From NCBI GenBank assembly GCA_030390025.1, contig CM059431.1, positions 109,928,001-109,992,000 of the forward strand: 64,000 bases of DNA, written 5' to 3'. A program made the translations under genes and the position numbers. Positions 1 through 12,176 of this stretch are shown one piece after another. The notes below the pieces were generated by a model, which saw nothing but the letters and a program-made list of their open reading frames with translations, did no database searches and was not told the origin of the DNA. Positions within the stretch are counted from its first letter, which is position 1. Every line of letters starts with the position of its first letter. The DNA is from Squalus acanthias. Lineage: Eukaryota.

Positions 1-983
1 GAAATATATGGTTTGCCTTGGTGATGCTTTTCTGTCTACCAGAGTGATTAGGGGAATATGGAGGGAAACATTACATATACTTTGTGTATAACTCAAGAAT
101 AGAGTAATTGTAAATCCTACAATGCTAACTAATTCATTCCATCTGTAAACTGTCTAGGTCTGTTAATAGGAGGCACGGCCTGCTTATGGAAATTGCCTTG
201 AACTTCCAGGGGCTCGAGAGGGCAGAATGTGGGCACATAACCACCGGGGAGGCTGAAATCTGGGTAGAATTGGATTCCGCCAGGATTCTGCCCTCTTAAG
301 AAATTCCAGTGCGGGGGGTGGGGCGGAAAAACTGGCAACAGGGGATGAGTCTTTTGCCAACCCACCCAATGTAACGTGGGCGTCCTGGGGAGTTCCTATG
401 CTACCCCAGGGAATTACACCCTTTATGCTTTTGTAAGGCCTCAATGAACTTCTCATCAGCTGAAAGCTGACATGAGTGCTGTTAAGGCTCTCAGATAGGC
501 TCCAGAAGTTTCCCAGTAAGATGCCTTACTTAGGAGCTTAAGATAAATGTACTCATTTTTTTCCCCCCAGTGGCTGGGGAAGGTTTCTGGGCCCCTTGGA
601 TGGAGCAGCTATGGCCACTCCACCTTCTACTAGAGGTTTGGGGTATAGGCCTCTGATATGCCCTCATAGATCTGGACAACCCAAAAGACCTCTGGTTAGA
701 TTTTTTGTCTTCAGCACCTGGGCAGTAGCCAGGTTGGACAGATTGCATGTTCTTTATTCAACCTTTTCATTTAAATCAATGGAAAGAAAACGAGGCTTGT
801 TCTATCAATGACAGGTGAAGACAAAAATCTTCCCCCATCCCTGGGATTTGGGACCAGGTCTGTATCATTCCCTGTGGGTAGATGGGAGCTCTGCATCAAT
901 GCACTGGAGTGTCCGCAGAATAGGACAACTGGAATTTGGGTCCATTGTGGGTGTTACCATCCAAAATTGAATGAGAAGCATAT

Positions 984-1016
984 CTGACGAAAGGTCATTG
1001 ACCTGAAACGTTAACT
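984..1016 (+). ncRNA. Minimal hammerhead ribozyme motif in a Penelope-like terminal repeat remnant
   Basis: CTGACGA (984-990), A, stem II AGGTC-ATT-GACCT, GAAA (1005-1008), then CGTT. Stem III is the palindrome AACGTT. The 5' strand of stem I is degenerate in this copy. Confidence 0.6.
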
Positions 1017-1199
1017 CTGTTTCTCTCTCTCCACAGATGCTGCTTGACCTGCTGAGTATTTCCAGCATTTTCTCTTTATATATTGTGTTAGTTGACTTGT
1101 GCGTTTGTATGCATAGCATTTTTACATAAATTATGTGGTCAGCATTTCAAAGGCATAGGAGCAGAAATTGAACCCTGTTGCACTATTTTCTAGAGGCAA

Positions 1200-1420
1200 A
1201 AGAGGACCAGCATCTGTGGAGAGAAACAAAATCAACGTTTCAGGTCGATGACCTTTCGTCAGAACTAGAAAAAGCTAGAGATACAACAGGTTTTAAGCAA
1301 GTGCAGAGGCAGGGAAACAGGTGGGGGTGGGGGGGAAAAAAGAACAAAAGGGAAGGTCTGTGACGGGGTGGAAGACAGGAGATTCAAAGACAAAAGGGAT
1401 GATGGTGCGAGGCACCAGTA
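1200..1420 (-). mobile_element. Penelope-like element terminal remnant with a second minimal hammerhead motif (1230-1266)
   Basis: Reverse complement reads AGTT-CTGACGA-A-AGGTC-ATC-GACCT-GAAACGTT-GATT...TCTCTCCACAGATGCTG, an inverted copy of 984-1040. Confidence 0.6.
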
Positions 1421-1475
1421 TTTTGCTTTTGTAATTTTTATGTTATGTTTAGCTCAAGCGAAGATAAGACATTAT

Positions 1476-2299
1476 GGGAGAAAAATTCGGTTGCTTTGCG
1501 CCTCCAGTTAGCGCCGAGGGCGCGGCCGTTTGTGCCGCTCGCAAAATTGACCAGACATTTTGCGGCGGCACTAAACACTACTGCCACGATCTCCTGCGCC
1601 CGCAGATCGTGAAGTCAGTCGAGCGTGCAACGCCCCGGTATTGCCCCGGACCGGATATTTTGAGTGGCGCACCCTGCCTTTCCGCCTGCCGCTAGCGACG
1701 ACAGGTTGAGAGGAGCGTTTTGCAGCCAGGAAGGGACTGGGGGAGCGCTATTTAAAGGTGACCGCTTCCTGCCTTTTTTTGTCGGCGACATTTTTGCACC
1801 ACGCATTCTGAGAGACTTCTGGAGAGATTAAACGCTGCGAGAAGGAGTTTTGGGTACTGAGCAGCACTTTGCAGGTTCATTTTGATTTGACCTTCCTTGC
1901 ATCGATTTAGAAGAGACTGTGGGGGCTGCACTCTGAGCTCTTTCCCTGGGCGCCTCCATTGTTCTTTCCAGCAGATTTGATGTACAGGTCCCTCCAGGCC
2001 GAGATTCAAGGCTGCAAGGAGCAGGGTGTGGATGGAGAGCAAGATCGACCCTCCCCTTTAAGAACTGGCCGGCGCCAGTGTGTCTGTGTTCCATTACTGA
2101 CTGACATCACATGAGCTTCGCCAGCGCTCTGAGGTAGCGCCTCGCTCCTCGGTGTTAGCGCCTTGAGGTGTGTAGCACCTGATTTAGCGCTCCAATCACC
2201 TCCAGGGGCGATAGAAGCTAAGTTTGCAGTTGGAGGCGATAATTAGCGCCAGGCGCTAATCTTTGCGCCCCAAACGGTGCGATACCAAATTTCTCCACC
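1476..2299. mobile_element. Non-autonomous DNA transposon (PIF/Harbinger-like MITE)
   Basis: Imperfect 16-bp TIRs (GGGAGAAAAATTCGGT versus reverse complement GGTGGAGAAATTTGGT, 12/16). 3-bp TSD TAT at 1473-1475 and 2300-2302. GC-rich body with subterminal (TA)GCGCC motifs in AT-rich surroundings. Confidence 0.65.
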
Positions 2300-3614
2300 T
2301 ATATATTCCTGTAACTGGACAGCACAGAACAAAATTTACATTCCTTTTAACTAATATATGAAAATGAAGTCAATTAAATAAGATAATTCATTGTGTGTAT
2401 ACAATTACAGATTGAGAATTGCAGTTTCCACTTAAAAAACTATATTTACTCTTTATATTGTAGATGAACACAGATTGCAACAGAAGGTACATCAACTATA
2501 AATCAAACACAACTTAAATGCAAAGGTTTATTTGGATATTGTGTACATTTATACAATAGCTGCTGTAACATTTACCACTGATGTAAACCCATATTAAGCT
2601 CATACAGTCTCTTTAAACAATGAGAAATGATTTTACTGTTAGACAAATGGACACAAAATTCAAAAAAAGGACAGGGAGTGAATCTGTGCAAAACTAGCAC
2701 TTAAAAAGTATGCAATACTCAAACCATAATCCCAGAGTGAATGTTATTTCAGTTTAGTTTCTTGCAAAAACCATACCTCGGAATATACTAAAACTTTAGA
2801 TCCAGTACGATTTCACAATCTGGATTTTTCGACTTGATAAAATTATAACAATTATAAATCACAATATTAACAAAATACAATATTGCAGAATACCACAAAT
2901 CATTTTTATGAATCCTTTTTCAAAACTAAAAGTATTTATTTTAGCCTTGCTGATTTTCAGCAGATTGTGATCAACTGTGGTAGTTGTTTACAATTTTAAG
3001 GGGAAAAAGACAATAAATCATGTTTTCATTTTATACAGTAACATTTGCGTGTCAATTATGACCTTGCTGATGTGTAGCACAATAAAAAAAAACCTCAAAG
3101 GATCAGCTTCAGGATGATCGATACTAGGACTGTCATTACATGTCTCGAGTAGAACTACTACATTTTGCTTTCTCAAAACAGAAAGGCCGTACAAAAAAAA
3201 GCATAATTACAATTGGTAATATATCATTCATGGTCAAATGTAAATTGGCATTTCCAGTCACATAATCCAAGTTAAATTATACTGTATAAGGTTTAGTAAC
3301 CTGCCTCCTGTAAGTGGTCAGTGCTTTTAACACCATTCCTTTGACTCACTTTCCCTGAAAACAACACACAATAAGCAATCTATTTTAAGTATAGGTTAGC
3401 AAATTCATTGTGGTTATAAACAGCAAGCATTTGCGTGTCAACATCAACAGACTACTCCACAATTTACGTTGTTTAACCTGTTGTAACAACCATTTCTACA
3501 TTATATGGTACAAAATGATTTGTTTTTGCCAGCTCTATACATTCTTCCATCTCAATGATTTTCAGTGCGACCTGATACAGGCACCAACCTGGCGGCTCCA
3601 TCACAGGGCTGATG

Positions 3615-3638
3615 TCAACCGGTCATATTCTCAGCAGT
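3615..3638 (-). CDS. MZT1: MZT1 (mitotic spindle organizing protein 1, MOZART1) coding exon 3, last
   Basis: Acceptor tttctcttcctag, then ACT GCT GAG AAT ATG ACC GGT TGA = TAENMTG*. Matches the recalled human end AAENMTS*; phase 0 with exon 2. Confidence 0.92.
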   Translation of the reverse strand, partial: TAENMTG

Positions 3639-3974
3639 CTAGGAAGAGAAACAATGTCCAAATTAAGTACAGTACAGGTTCTCCAGTGCACTTTCTTGGT
3701 GCTAGAAGTGTGGAAACTAAAAGGTGCTGTAATGCTTTTCTGGGATCTCCTCTTAGCTTATAAATTTTTAAAAAGTGCACGTACTCTACATCCGAGTTGG
3801 TGTAATGAGTTAACTTATCTTATTATAATTTTACAGTAGTAATTCATACTAAAGACAGATCAGAGATTAGTCAGTAGTCACTAAAAAAAAATGCTTCTAC
3901 AGTGTACAGCAAGTAAAATTGAGATAACGAGCTTTATTCATACATTAACATGTAACTTTTAGGATAGATATATT

Positions 3975-4701
3975 GGCCAAAAATTTGCAGTCGGAGGCTT
4001 CCCCCGGGCGGATGCCTCCGACCTGTAAAAAATCTACGAATTTACCTGGTGGTCCGGGAGGTACGGAGACTCGCGGGTAGCGGCCCACGTATCCCAGGGG
4101 TGCAGGCGGCTCGCAAGCGCCCCTGGGATCACGTGGGCCGGCCCAACCAATAAAAGAAGGGGAATCCCCATTCATACTTGAGAGTTCCGTACAAACTGGA
4201 TCCCCATAAGTATGAATGGGGATCACTTAAAAAATACAGGAACAAATGAAATAAATTTTAAAAAATTACATTTAAAAATTAAAATTACATTTAATTAAAC
4301 ATTTTAAACACAATTTTATTTTTTGGAAAAAAAAATTGTTTTAACGGGACTAAAAATAAACCTACCTTATTGGACAGGGTTTTTAAAAGTATAAATGAGT
4401 GATAAAATTTTATTTTTCTATTTTTTTTTTTTAAAACTCTTATGCTGGTAAAAGTAAGCCTTACGTCTGCTTTTACCAGGCGTAAGAATTTCACGGGCAT
4501 TCAGCGGGCGGAAGTTGGGCAAACAGCGCAACTCTCCGCCCGCGGAGGCCCATCTCCCGGGGATGCGGATCATCTGTCAAGAGAATTCTCGACAGATCGC
4601 AAGTTCCAGGTTTTCGCGCAGGCGTTTCACCTGCCTAAACCCGAAGTTACGCCACCCCCTACGGGCGCGTGTGCACCCGTGGGGGTCGCTAATTACGGCC
4701 C
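3975..4701. mobile_element. Multi-hairpin MITE (Harbinger-like), copy 1
   Basis: Imperfect ~14-bp TIRs (GGCCAAAAATTTGC / reverse complement GGGCCGTAATTAGC), GC-rich arms, AT-rich centre, six internal inverted repeats. Homologous to 46777-47430. Confidence 0.65.
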
Positions 4702-5194
4702 AATGAGTACCCAGAATTAGTCTACACATGTGATTCATACAAATTAATTTGCAGAAGCACCTCAGCACAAATAAATTACTTCAACCCAAATCAATGTAAT
4801 AGTAAAATGACTTGTACAACCCGAATTAGAAATTTCTTGTGTGTGTATATAACGCTTTTCTTTGGAGTGTGTTTTTTTTTTAATCTTCACTTTTTCCCCT
4901 TATACTGTACTATGTTTCACTGGGCCAAAGACATTGAAAGGACATTCCAGACCCCATCTTAGTACTCTCCTCCCGCCCCTAACTGCAGTGGACCCCAGAT
5001 GCTGGAATTACAATGCATTCCATCTATGCCCTGTCTCCTATGTTAGCTACTCATGCACCATGTCTTTTAATATAATTTGGGTTCAGCCCTATCGAATCAG
5101 ACGCGACTACAGTATGCATATTTTAAAAATCAACTTAATCTTTATGACCGACTTCATGTATGCCAGCAAAGCATGCCACATTGACCATAGCAGA

Positions 5195-6790
5195 AGAGGA
5201 CATAGAATTACAAAGAATTTACAGCACAGGAACAGGCCATTCGGTCCATCAGGTCTATGCCGGTGTCAATGTCCCCCCTAATTTGTTTTGGGTGCGTGGC
5301 CCGTTTAAGGGGCTTCATGGTCTATTCACAGTTGTTTCAACATTGAAAAAGCCGGTCCTGGGTTGTGTGGGACCGGCAAAGAGTTGTGTGGCCGTGCAAC
5401 ATAGAGGGAACATTGGCCAGTGTTTATACCCCACACGAGCCTTCTCCCACCCTATCGACATAACCTTCTATTCCTTTCTCCCTCATGTAATTATCTAGCT
5501 CCCCTTAAATGCATCTATGCTAGTCGCTTCAACTACTCCCTGTGGTAGCGAGTCCCACATTCTAACCACTCTCTGGGTAAATAAGTTTCTCCTGAATTCC
5601 TTATTCAATTTATTAGTGACTATCTTATATTTATGACCCCCACAAGTGGAAACATTTTTTCCCACATCTATCCCATCAAGCCCCTTAGTTGTGTCTTTTC
5701 TAAAGAAAAGAGCCCCAGCCTGTTCAGTCTTCCCTAATAGTTATAACCTTAAAATAAATTTAAATAAAATCAATCAGTTCTGGTATCATCCTTGTAAATC
5801 CTTTTTGCTCCTTCTCCAGTGCCTCTATATCCTTTTTGTAATATGGAGACCAGAACTATGCACAGTACTATAAGCGTGGTTGAACCAAGGTTCTATAAAA
5901 GTTTAACAAAACTTCTCTGCTTTTCAATTCTATTTCTCTAGAAATTAACCTCAGTGCTTTGTTTGCATTTTTAGGGCCTTGTTAACCTGCGTTGCTACTT
6001 TTAATGATTTGTGAATCTGTACCCCTAGATCTCTTTGCTCCTCTACCCCATTTAAGACTCTTATTTTCCAAGGAGTATGTGGCCTTCCTATTTCTCCTAT
6101 CAAATTTATCTATATTGAAATTCATTTGCAATTTACATGCCCATACTGCAATTTTATTAACGTCTTGTATTTTGTCAGTCTTCCTCAGTATTAACTATAC
6201 CCACCCCCAATTTGGTGTTATCTGCAAATTTTGAAATTGTACTTCCGGTTCCCATGTCCAAATCATTTATGTAAATGATGAACAACAGTGGTCCCAGCAC
6301 CTATCCCTGTGGAACACCACTTCACACCTTCCGCCAGTCTGAGTAAATACTCTTACTCCTACTCTCGGCTTTCTGTTTTGTAGGCAGCTTGCTATCCATT
6401 CTGCTACTTGTTCCAACTTCAGATTCTCTGACCTTAGTCAGGAGTCTACAACGTAGTACCTTACAGCACAGAAGGAGGTCATTCGGCCCTTTATGCCTGT
6501 GCCGGCTCTTTGAAAGAGCTATCCAATTAGTCCCACTCCCCCTGCTCTTTCACCATAGCCCTGCAATATTCTCCCTTCAAGTATTTATCCAATTTCCTTT
6601 TAAAAGTTACTATTGAATCTGCTTCCACCACCCTTTCAGGCAGCGCATTCCAGATCATAACTCACTGCATAAAAGAAATTCTCCGCATCTCACCTCTGGC
6701 TCTTTTGCCAATTACCTTAAATCTGTGTACTCTAGTTAACGACCCTTCTGCCAGTGGAAACAGTTTTTCCTTATTTACTCTATCAACCAT
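5195..6790 (-). mobile_element. Two decayed CR1 LINE 3' fragments (about 5195-6460 and 6460-6790)
   Basis: CR1 3'UTR motif GGCCATTCGGCCC and reverse-strand remnants of RT-region motifs (GVPQGxVLGPLLF, FADxTKL) with many stops and indels. Confidence 0.8.
5267..5415. mobile_element. 149-bp hAT-type MITE inserted in a CR1 tail
   Basis: TIRs CAATGTCCCCCCTA / TAGAGGGAACATTG (12/14). 8-bp TSD GCCGGTGT (5259-5266) / GCCAGTGT (5416-5423). Confidence 0.8.
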
Positions 6791-7408
6791 GTGGATCTAC
6801 TAACCATAAGCTTGGTTATTATTCATTCTTAGGAACCCGCCAACTTAGAAGTCTGCGTATCGAATCCTGTAGTGCGATATTTCATTGCAAAGACATATCC
6901 TCCTTGTATTTCCAATCTTTATAGTCTGCTCACCTTCTAATCACAGATTCCACTTTCTTATTCATTCATGCAAAAACCATCCGTTTAATCCATTTCCTTA
7001 CACACAACAAAGCAGTAATTAGGCACTGATTAGTTACTTTAAGACATTGTGGCTGAAGGATATCATATTTGACAAATAAAAGTTAAAATTTACACCTGTT
7101 TAAAACAAAACCTAGCAATGCTAAACTACCAGATTCCCTCATCAATCAAGTCAGCCACAGGATTCCTGCTGCTTCCCCGATTAATCCTTTCCGTACTATC
7201 TATTACAGGCTCGATATCTATTATTCACCACGTAGGGATTCTGTTGTGGCAAAATGCTGGTTATCCTGGTGTAAAAGACATAGTCCTACACAAGGATAAA
7301 AACAAACAGCTTTAAAAGATGTCAGAGCAGACACTGGTATAAAAGGGCTGAATGGCTTTCTCTGCTGTGATTGTACACCATATTTTATTGCACATCAATT
7401 TTTCTTAC

Positions 7409-7554
7409 TTTGAGTGAGTCAGTAGCCTTGCGCAGCTCCTTAATGACTGAAGCCAAGGCCTCAGGATTGATTCCTTGCTCGCATAGACGGACACAAATTG
7501 AGAGAGACTCCATATCAAGACCAGTATTCAGCAATCTCGAAATTTCAAGGAGAA
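7409..7554 (-). CDS. MZT1: MZT1 coding exon 2
   Basis: 146 nt between ttccag and gtaaga. Encodes (V)[48 protein letters not shown], near-identical to vertebrate MZT1. Confidence 0.97.
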
Positions 7555-7596
7555 CTGGAAGAAACAAATTTAAATTTTTAGCATTTGGTAGCAACA

Positions 7597-7998
7597 AGAA
7601 AAAGACATGTGCATTGATGTAGCACCTTTCACAACCTCAGGACGTCGCAAAAGCACTTTACAGACAATTAAGTATTTTTGAAGTGTAGTCACAGTTGTAA
7701 TGTAGGAAATGTGGAAGGCATTTTGCATACAGCAAGGTCCCACAAACAGCAATGTGACAATGACCAGATAATGTTTTAGAGATAAATACCGAACAGGACA
7801 CCAGGGAGAATCCACCCCTGCTCTTCTTCAAATTAGTGCCATGGGATCTTTTACATCCACTGGACGGGGCCTCGGTTTAACATCTCATCCGAAAAACAGG
7901 GTCAGTCTAGATTTTATGCTCAAGTCTCTGGAGTGGGACTTGAGCCCACAACCTCTGACGCAGACGCAAGAGTGCTATTATTAGGCCACGGCTGGCAC
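7597..7998 (-). mobile_element. DeuSINE (SacSINE1-like) tRNA-derived SINE
   Basis: Reverse complement of the Deu core (CGGATGAGA..TTAAACCGAGG..AAAGATCCCATGGCAC) plus tRNA-like head and AAGCGCTTT-type tail. Confidence 0.8.
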
Positions 7999-9193
7999 GT
8001 GTACACCACCACTAGCAGTTTATTTTGTTGTAGCACGGTGTGCACAAACACCATTTGCATTTTCAATTTGGTCATTACAGTCACATTGAAGGCCTTTTAC
8101 TGCACTTCAATTCAAAAATCCACAGGAATATTAACTGGGAATCTTCCCAAATACATAGATTAAAATTACTTAACAATGCTCTACTTGAACCCAACTGGCA
8201 GAAATGTCAAGTTTGAACTTTCATGAATAGTAGGCTCATAATTGCAAGAGAGAATGAAGGGGCGGTCATACTCATACATGTAAATAAGATACTCACAGGT
8301 ACCATTTTAAACCAGTAATGAATTAACAATCAGCAAGGACTGGAGTCAGAGTTTGAACCAGGCTGCCTCATTTGAATGTAGAACGGTTCATTATCCCACC
8401 CCAGGAAAAGGAAAACAATAACAATACGATGAAAACACTGCTCCTCATCCCAGTCTTAAATGGCCGACCCCTTATCCTGAGACTATGCCCCCGAGTCCTA
8501 GACTCTCCAGCCAGGGGAAAGAACCTCTCAGCATCTGTCAATTCTCCTCAGAATCTTATATGTTTCAATGAGATCACCTCTCATTCTTCTAAACTCCAGA
8601 GCTTATCCCACCTCCCCATCTCAAACTAACTCCATTTTTCACACAAAGCATGGGACCTTAATGACTGCAATTAATATACTTACTATCCCACCTATCATCG
8701 CAGCCAATCTGGAGAAAGGCAATGCAATTAAATTAGAACTACATTAGAGGAATAATCAAAAAGTGCTCATGTAGAAATCAAAAACTTTAAATAATTGAAT
8801 CCTTCAGATGGATAAGGAAACAAAATTGCACTTTAAGTTTACAGTATTTGCATTATTTTCCAGAAGCAAGATACGGCATTTATAATTTAAAAAAATCTAA
8901 AAGCAAACACTATTTGCTACAATTAAAAATATATTGATCTTCTCACCAAACACAAGACCTTGTTGAAGAACATACCTAAAATACATTTTAAAAGCACAAT
9001 TTAAAAAGAATGTAGCAATTTATTAAAACAGTTCTTTAATTCAGACAGTTTTTGGAGGAAATGATGATCCATGAATATAAACCAGAAGAAATATGGTGTG
9101 CCAAGGAACATCCTACTTGGAAACTGTATTTGTATCTAGCGGTCCAGACCTTTGCCTTTCTCAATAGCTAAGATATGCTATACAGTGCCACTC

Positions 9194-9606
9194 GTGTCAG
9201 TTGCGGCTCAGTTGATAGCACCCGCGCCTAAGTCAGAAGGTTGTGGGTTCAAGTCCCACTCCCACTCTAGGCTGACACTCCAGTGCAGTACCGAGGGAGT
9301 GCTGCACTATCTTTCAGATGAGACGTTAAACCGAGGCCCCGTCTGCCCTCTCAGGTGGACGTAAAAGATCCCATAACACTATTTCGAAGAAGAGCAGGGG
9401 AGTTATCCCTGGTGTCCTGACCAATATTTATCCCTCAATCAACATAACAAAAACAGATTATCTGGTTATCACATTGCTGTTTGTGGGAGCTGCAGCATTT
9501 TCTACATTACAACAGTGACTACACTTCAAAAAGTACTTCACTGTAAAACGTTTGAGATGTCCGGTGGTCGTGAAAGGCGCTATATAAATACAAGTCTTTT
9601 TTTTTC
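9194..9606 (+). mobile_element. DeuSINE (SacSINE1-like), near full length
   Basis: A box (GGCTCAGTTG), B box (GGTTCAAGTCCC), Deu core, T-rich tail. Confidence 0.85.
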
Positions 9607-12176
9607 TTTAACAGAATCTGTCCAAGCTAGTGGGAATTCTTCCACTGCTAGTATCAGCCTGAATAAGGTGTGATCAAGGACATGCAGCCTCTCTAATGGG
9701 GCGAAACTGCACTGTGCAGTAACAGGCGACCATGTTAATGTATTCATATGAATTTTCATTGCCCCATTTTAACAAAGGCGTCAACTGGCTCATTTTAACA
9801 TGTTCAAATGCTAATATCACACGGCACAATTTTGTTACACAAAAGCGACCCAGGGCTTGCACGCCCTGCTTTTGCAAAACATAACCCATCGGAGGTTCTG
9901 CAGTTATATTGACTGCTAGAGGCCCCATCGGATTTGCGGGACGGGGTAGAAAAGAGATAATGATGAAGCTGCAAGTAAAGGAAAACAAATTAGTGATGGA
10001 TCTTTGTGAACAATATGTTCAACATGTAATATGTGGTCACACACAGGACGTAACCAGCAGGGTTTGTCAAATGTGGAAGATAATTTTAGATTCATTAAAC
10101 TCTACATACACCTAATCCGCACTGACAGTTTTATAAGAACTGCTTACAGCAAATATGAGATCCTTGAGTCATAATGACTCGCTGTAAGCCACATTACATA
10201 CATTAAAAAATGAAGTGTTATTATTCGTGTGAATCAAATGCTAGCAGTCCTGAACTAATGCAATTTAAAGTTTGAAGTGATTGGGGCAGTGTTTTATGAA
10301 ACTAGCAGACCTGCCATCATATTGAGTTGGAGGATGTTGTTTTTTTTTAAATGACAGGACCATTATACCATGTAATACCCAATGTTTTATACAAGATAAA
10401 TACAAGGAAGAATGATTATAGAATTAAATACACAGATGAATGGATTCCATGGCTTTTTAAAGACAAGTTTAAAAACGCTGTTTTCAATAAGTCACCATTA
10501 TTGGAGTTACAAAGTTTTGAAGTCAATTACATAACAGGACCAATGTTATTTTACTTACAACTGAACGATTAGCTACTTACAATACTAAGTGAAAGCTAGA
10601 TACCAATACATATATACACCATGGCACTTGCTCATCATGGTTTGGAGGTTTTTAAAGAACATTTGGGGTAGTCCTAGGATCTGACAGCACGGAAGGGAAT
10701 TTGTGAAATATTAATTTAAAAAAATCTATGAACCCTTATTTTTGAGTCTGTATTTGGCAGGCTGAGGGAAATAGACAGCAGGTTTTTTAAAGCAAGTATT
10801 GTGAGCAAATTGGTTTACCTTTGCTTTTCTAAGAAATTTGTACACAACAAATCAATTGATAAATTTGTATTCCAATAAATAAATATCCATGTAGTCAATC
10901 AGGTGACAGATGTGTGAACTGAGGTGGGACAAATTTGAAAATGAGAATCCGCTGCAAGAGCGACACTGTGGGGATTGCGCCAGAGTGCGATACAGAAAAT
11001 GTGAACTACATGTATTATTTTTAGTATATTACTAGTGAATTTCCCACAAAGCTTCCAATTGTAAGTCAGAGGATGCTTTGCAAGGAACATTATAGCATGT
11101 AAAATACATCTTCTACTAAAGTGTCGGTGTGCCCTTTAAGGTTATAATTGATAAGTAAACACTGAGTGAGTTCATTGAAGGTTAATTTCTCTTAAATGTG
11201 ATAGTAATATCAGTCAAGAAATTCTGCCACCTGTGTCAATTAAGGTATTTTCAACTGCTGGGAGATTTTGTGTATTAGAAATGACTGCTTTTGTTCCTTT
11301 ATACTTTCTTTTAAAAGTGGCAGAAATTGAGTGTAACAGACAGGTAATGAGTATTAAGATAGTTACAGATAAACAGCAAATCTAACAATTTTAATCGCAC
11401 TTCCTGCAACATTTCAGTGCCACACTTGGATGCAAATTTCTTATATTCAAATTGGCTGATAATATTTTTTCCCATTAATTTGATTGACTGCTATACAAAT
11501 ATATTTACCGGCATTCACTCAAGGATGGCTGGTGTGTGAAAGGTGCTACGCTGGTGCAGTAGGGAGTGTTCTTCTGAGGTTGTGGGGTTAGCCATAGTTG
11601 GGCAGAATAAAAGTAACTTTACTCATCAAGCTGTGCTATGAAATAGGAATTCTTTAATTTCGAAGGACCAACATCCCTCATATTGATCAGAACAAAAACT
11701 TCGGTACAATTTACTTTTAAAAAATTGGTAATAATGGGCACCACAGTACCTACATTAAAACAGTGACTACACTTCAAAAGTGCTTCATTGGCTGTAAAGC
11801 GCTTTGGAACGTCCTGAAAGAAGTGATAGAAATGCAAGTCTTTCTTTCAGCATCTGGTATTATGCAAATGTGCCGAAATGATCAACATGGCAAATTCTTC
11901 ACAACAACTCATTCAAAGTATTGGACTGCACAAAAACTCCTCCATAAAACAATGTCCCTTTAAGCCCAGTTTATCACCAATGAAATATTGAGCAAAGTTT
12001 AGGTGCGGTTTCCAGATTGAGGGAAATAAAGTCATTAGAAGCCATGTGTGGAAAAAGTCACCTGACACACCATTCGCATTTTTAGTTACGAATACTTTTC
12101 CCTCTTACTCACCATTGAGGTAAAGTTACGTTCCAGAAGTGAAGCTATTCACTGCATAAAGGAAAGTATTGCACTA

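Noticed and set aside
2941..2964. Minus-strand SAENQQG* resembling the MZT1 C-terminus
   Set aside because: No in-frame AG acceptor directly upstream; 3615-3638 is a much better match.
9194..9270. tRNA-like A and B boxes
   Set aside because: These are SINE heads attached to the Deu core and do not form a full cloverleaf, so they are not tRNA genes.
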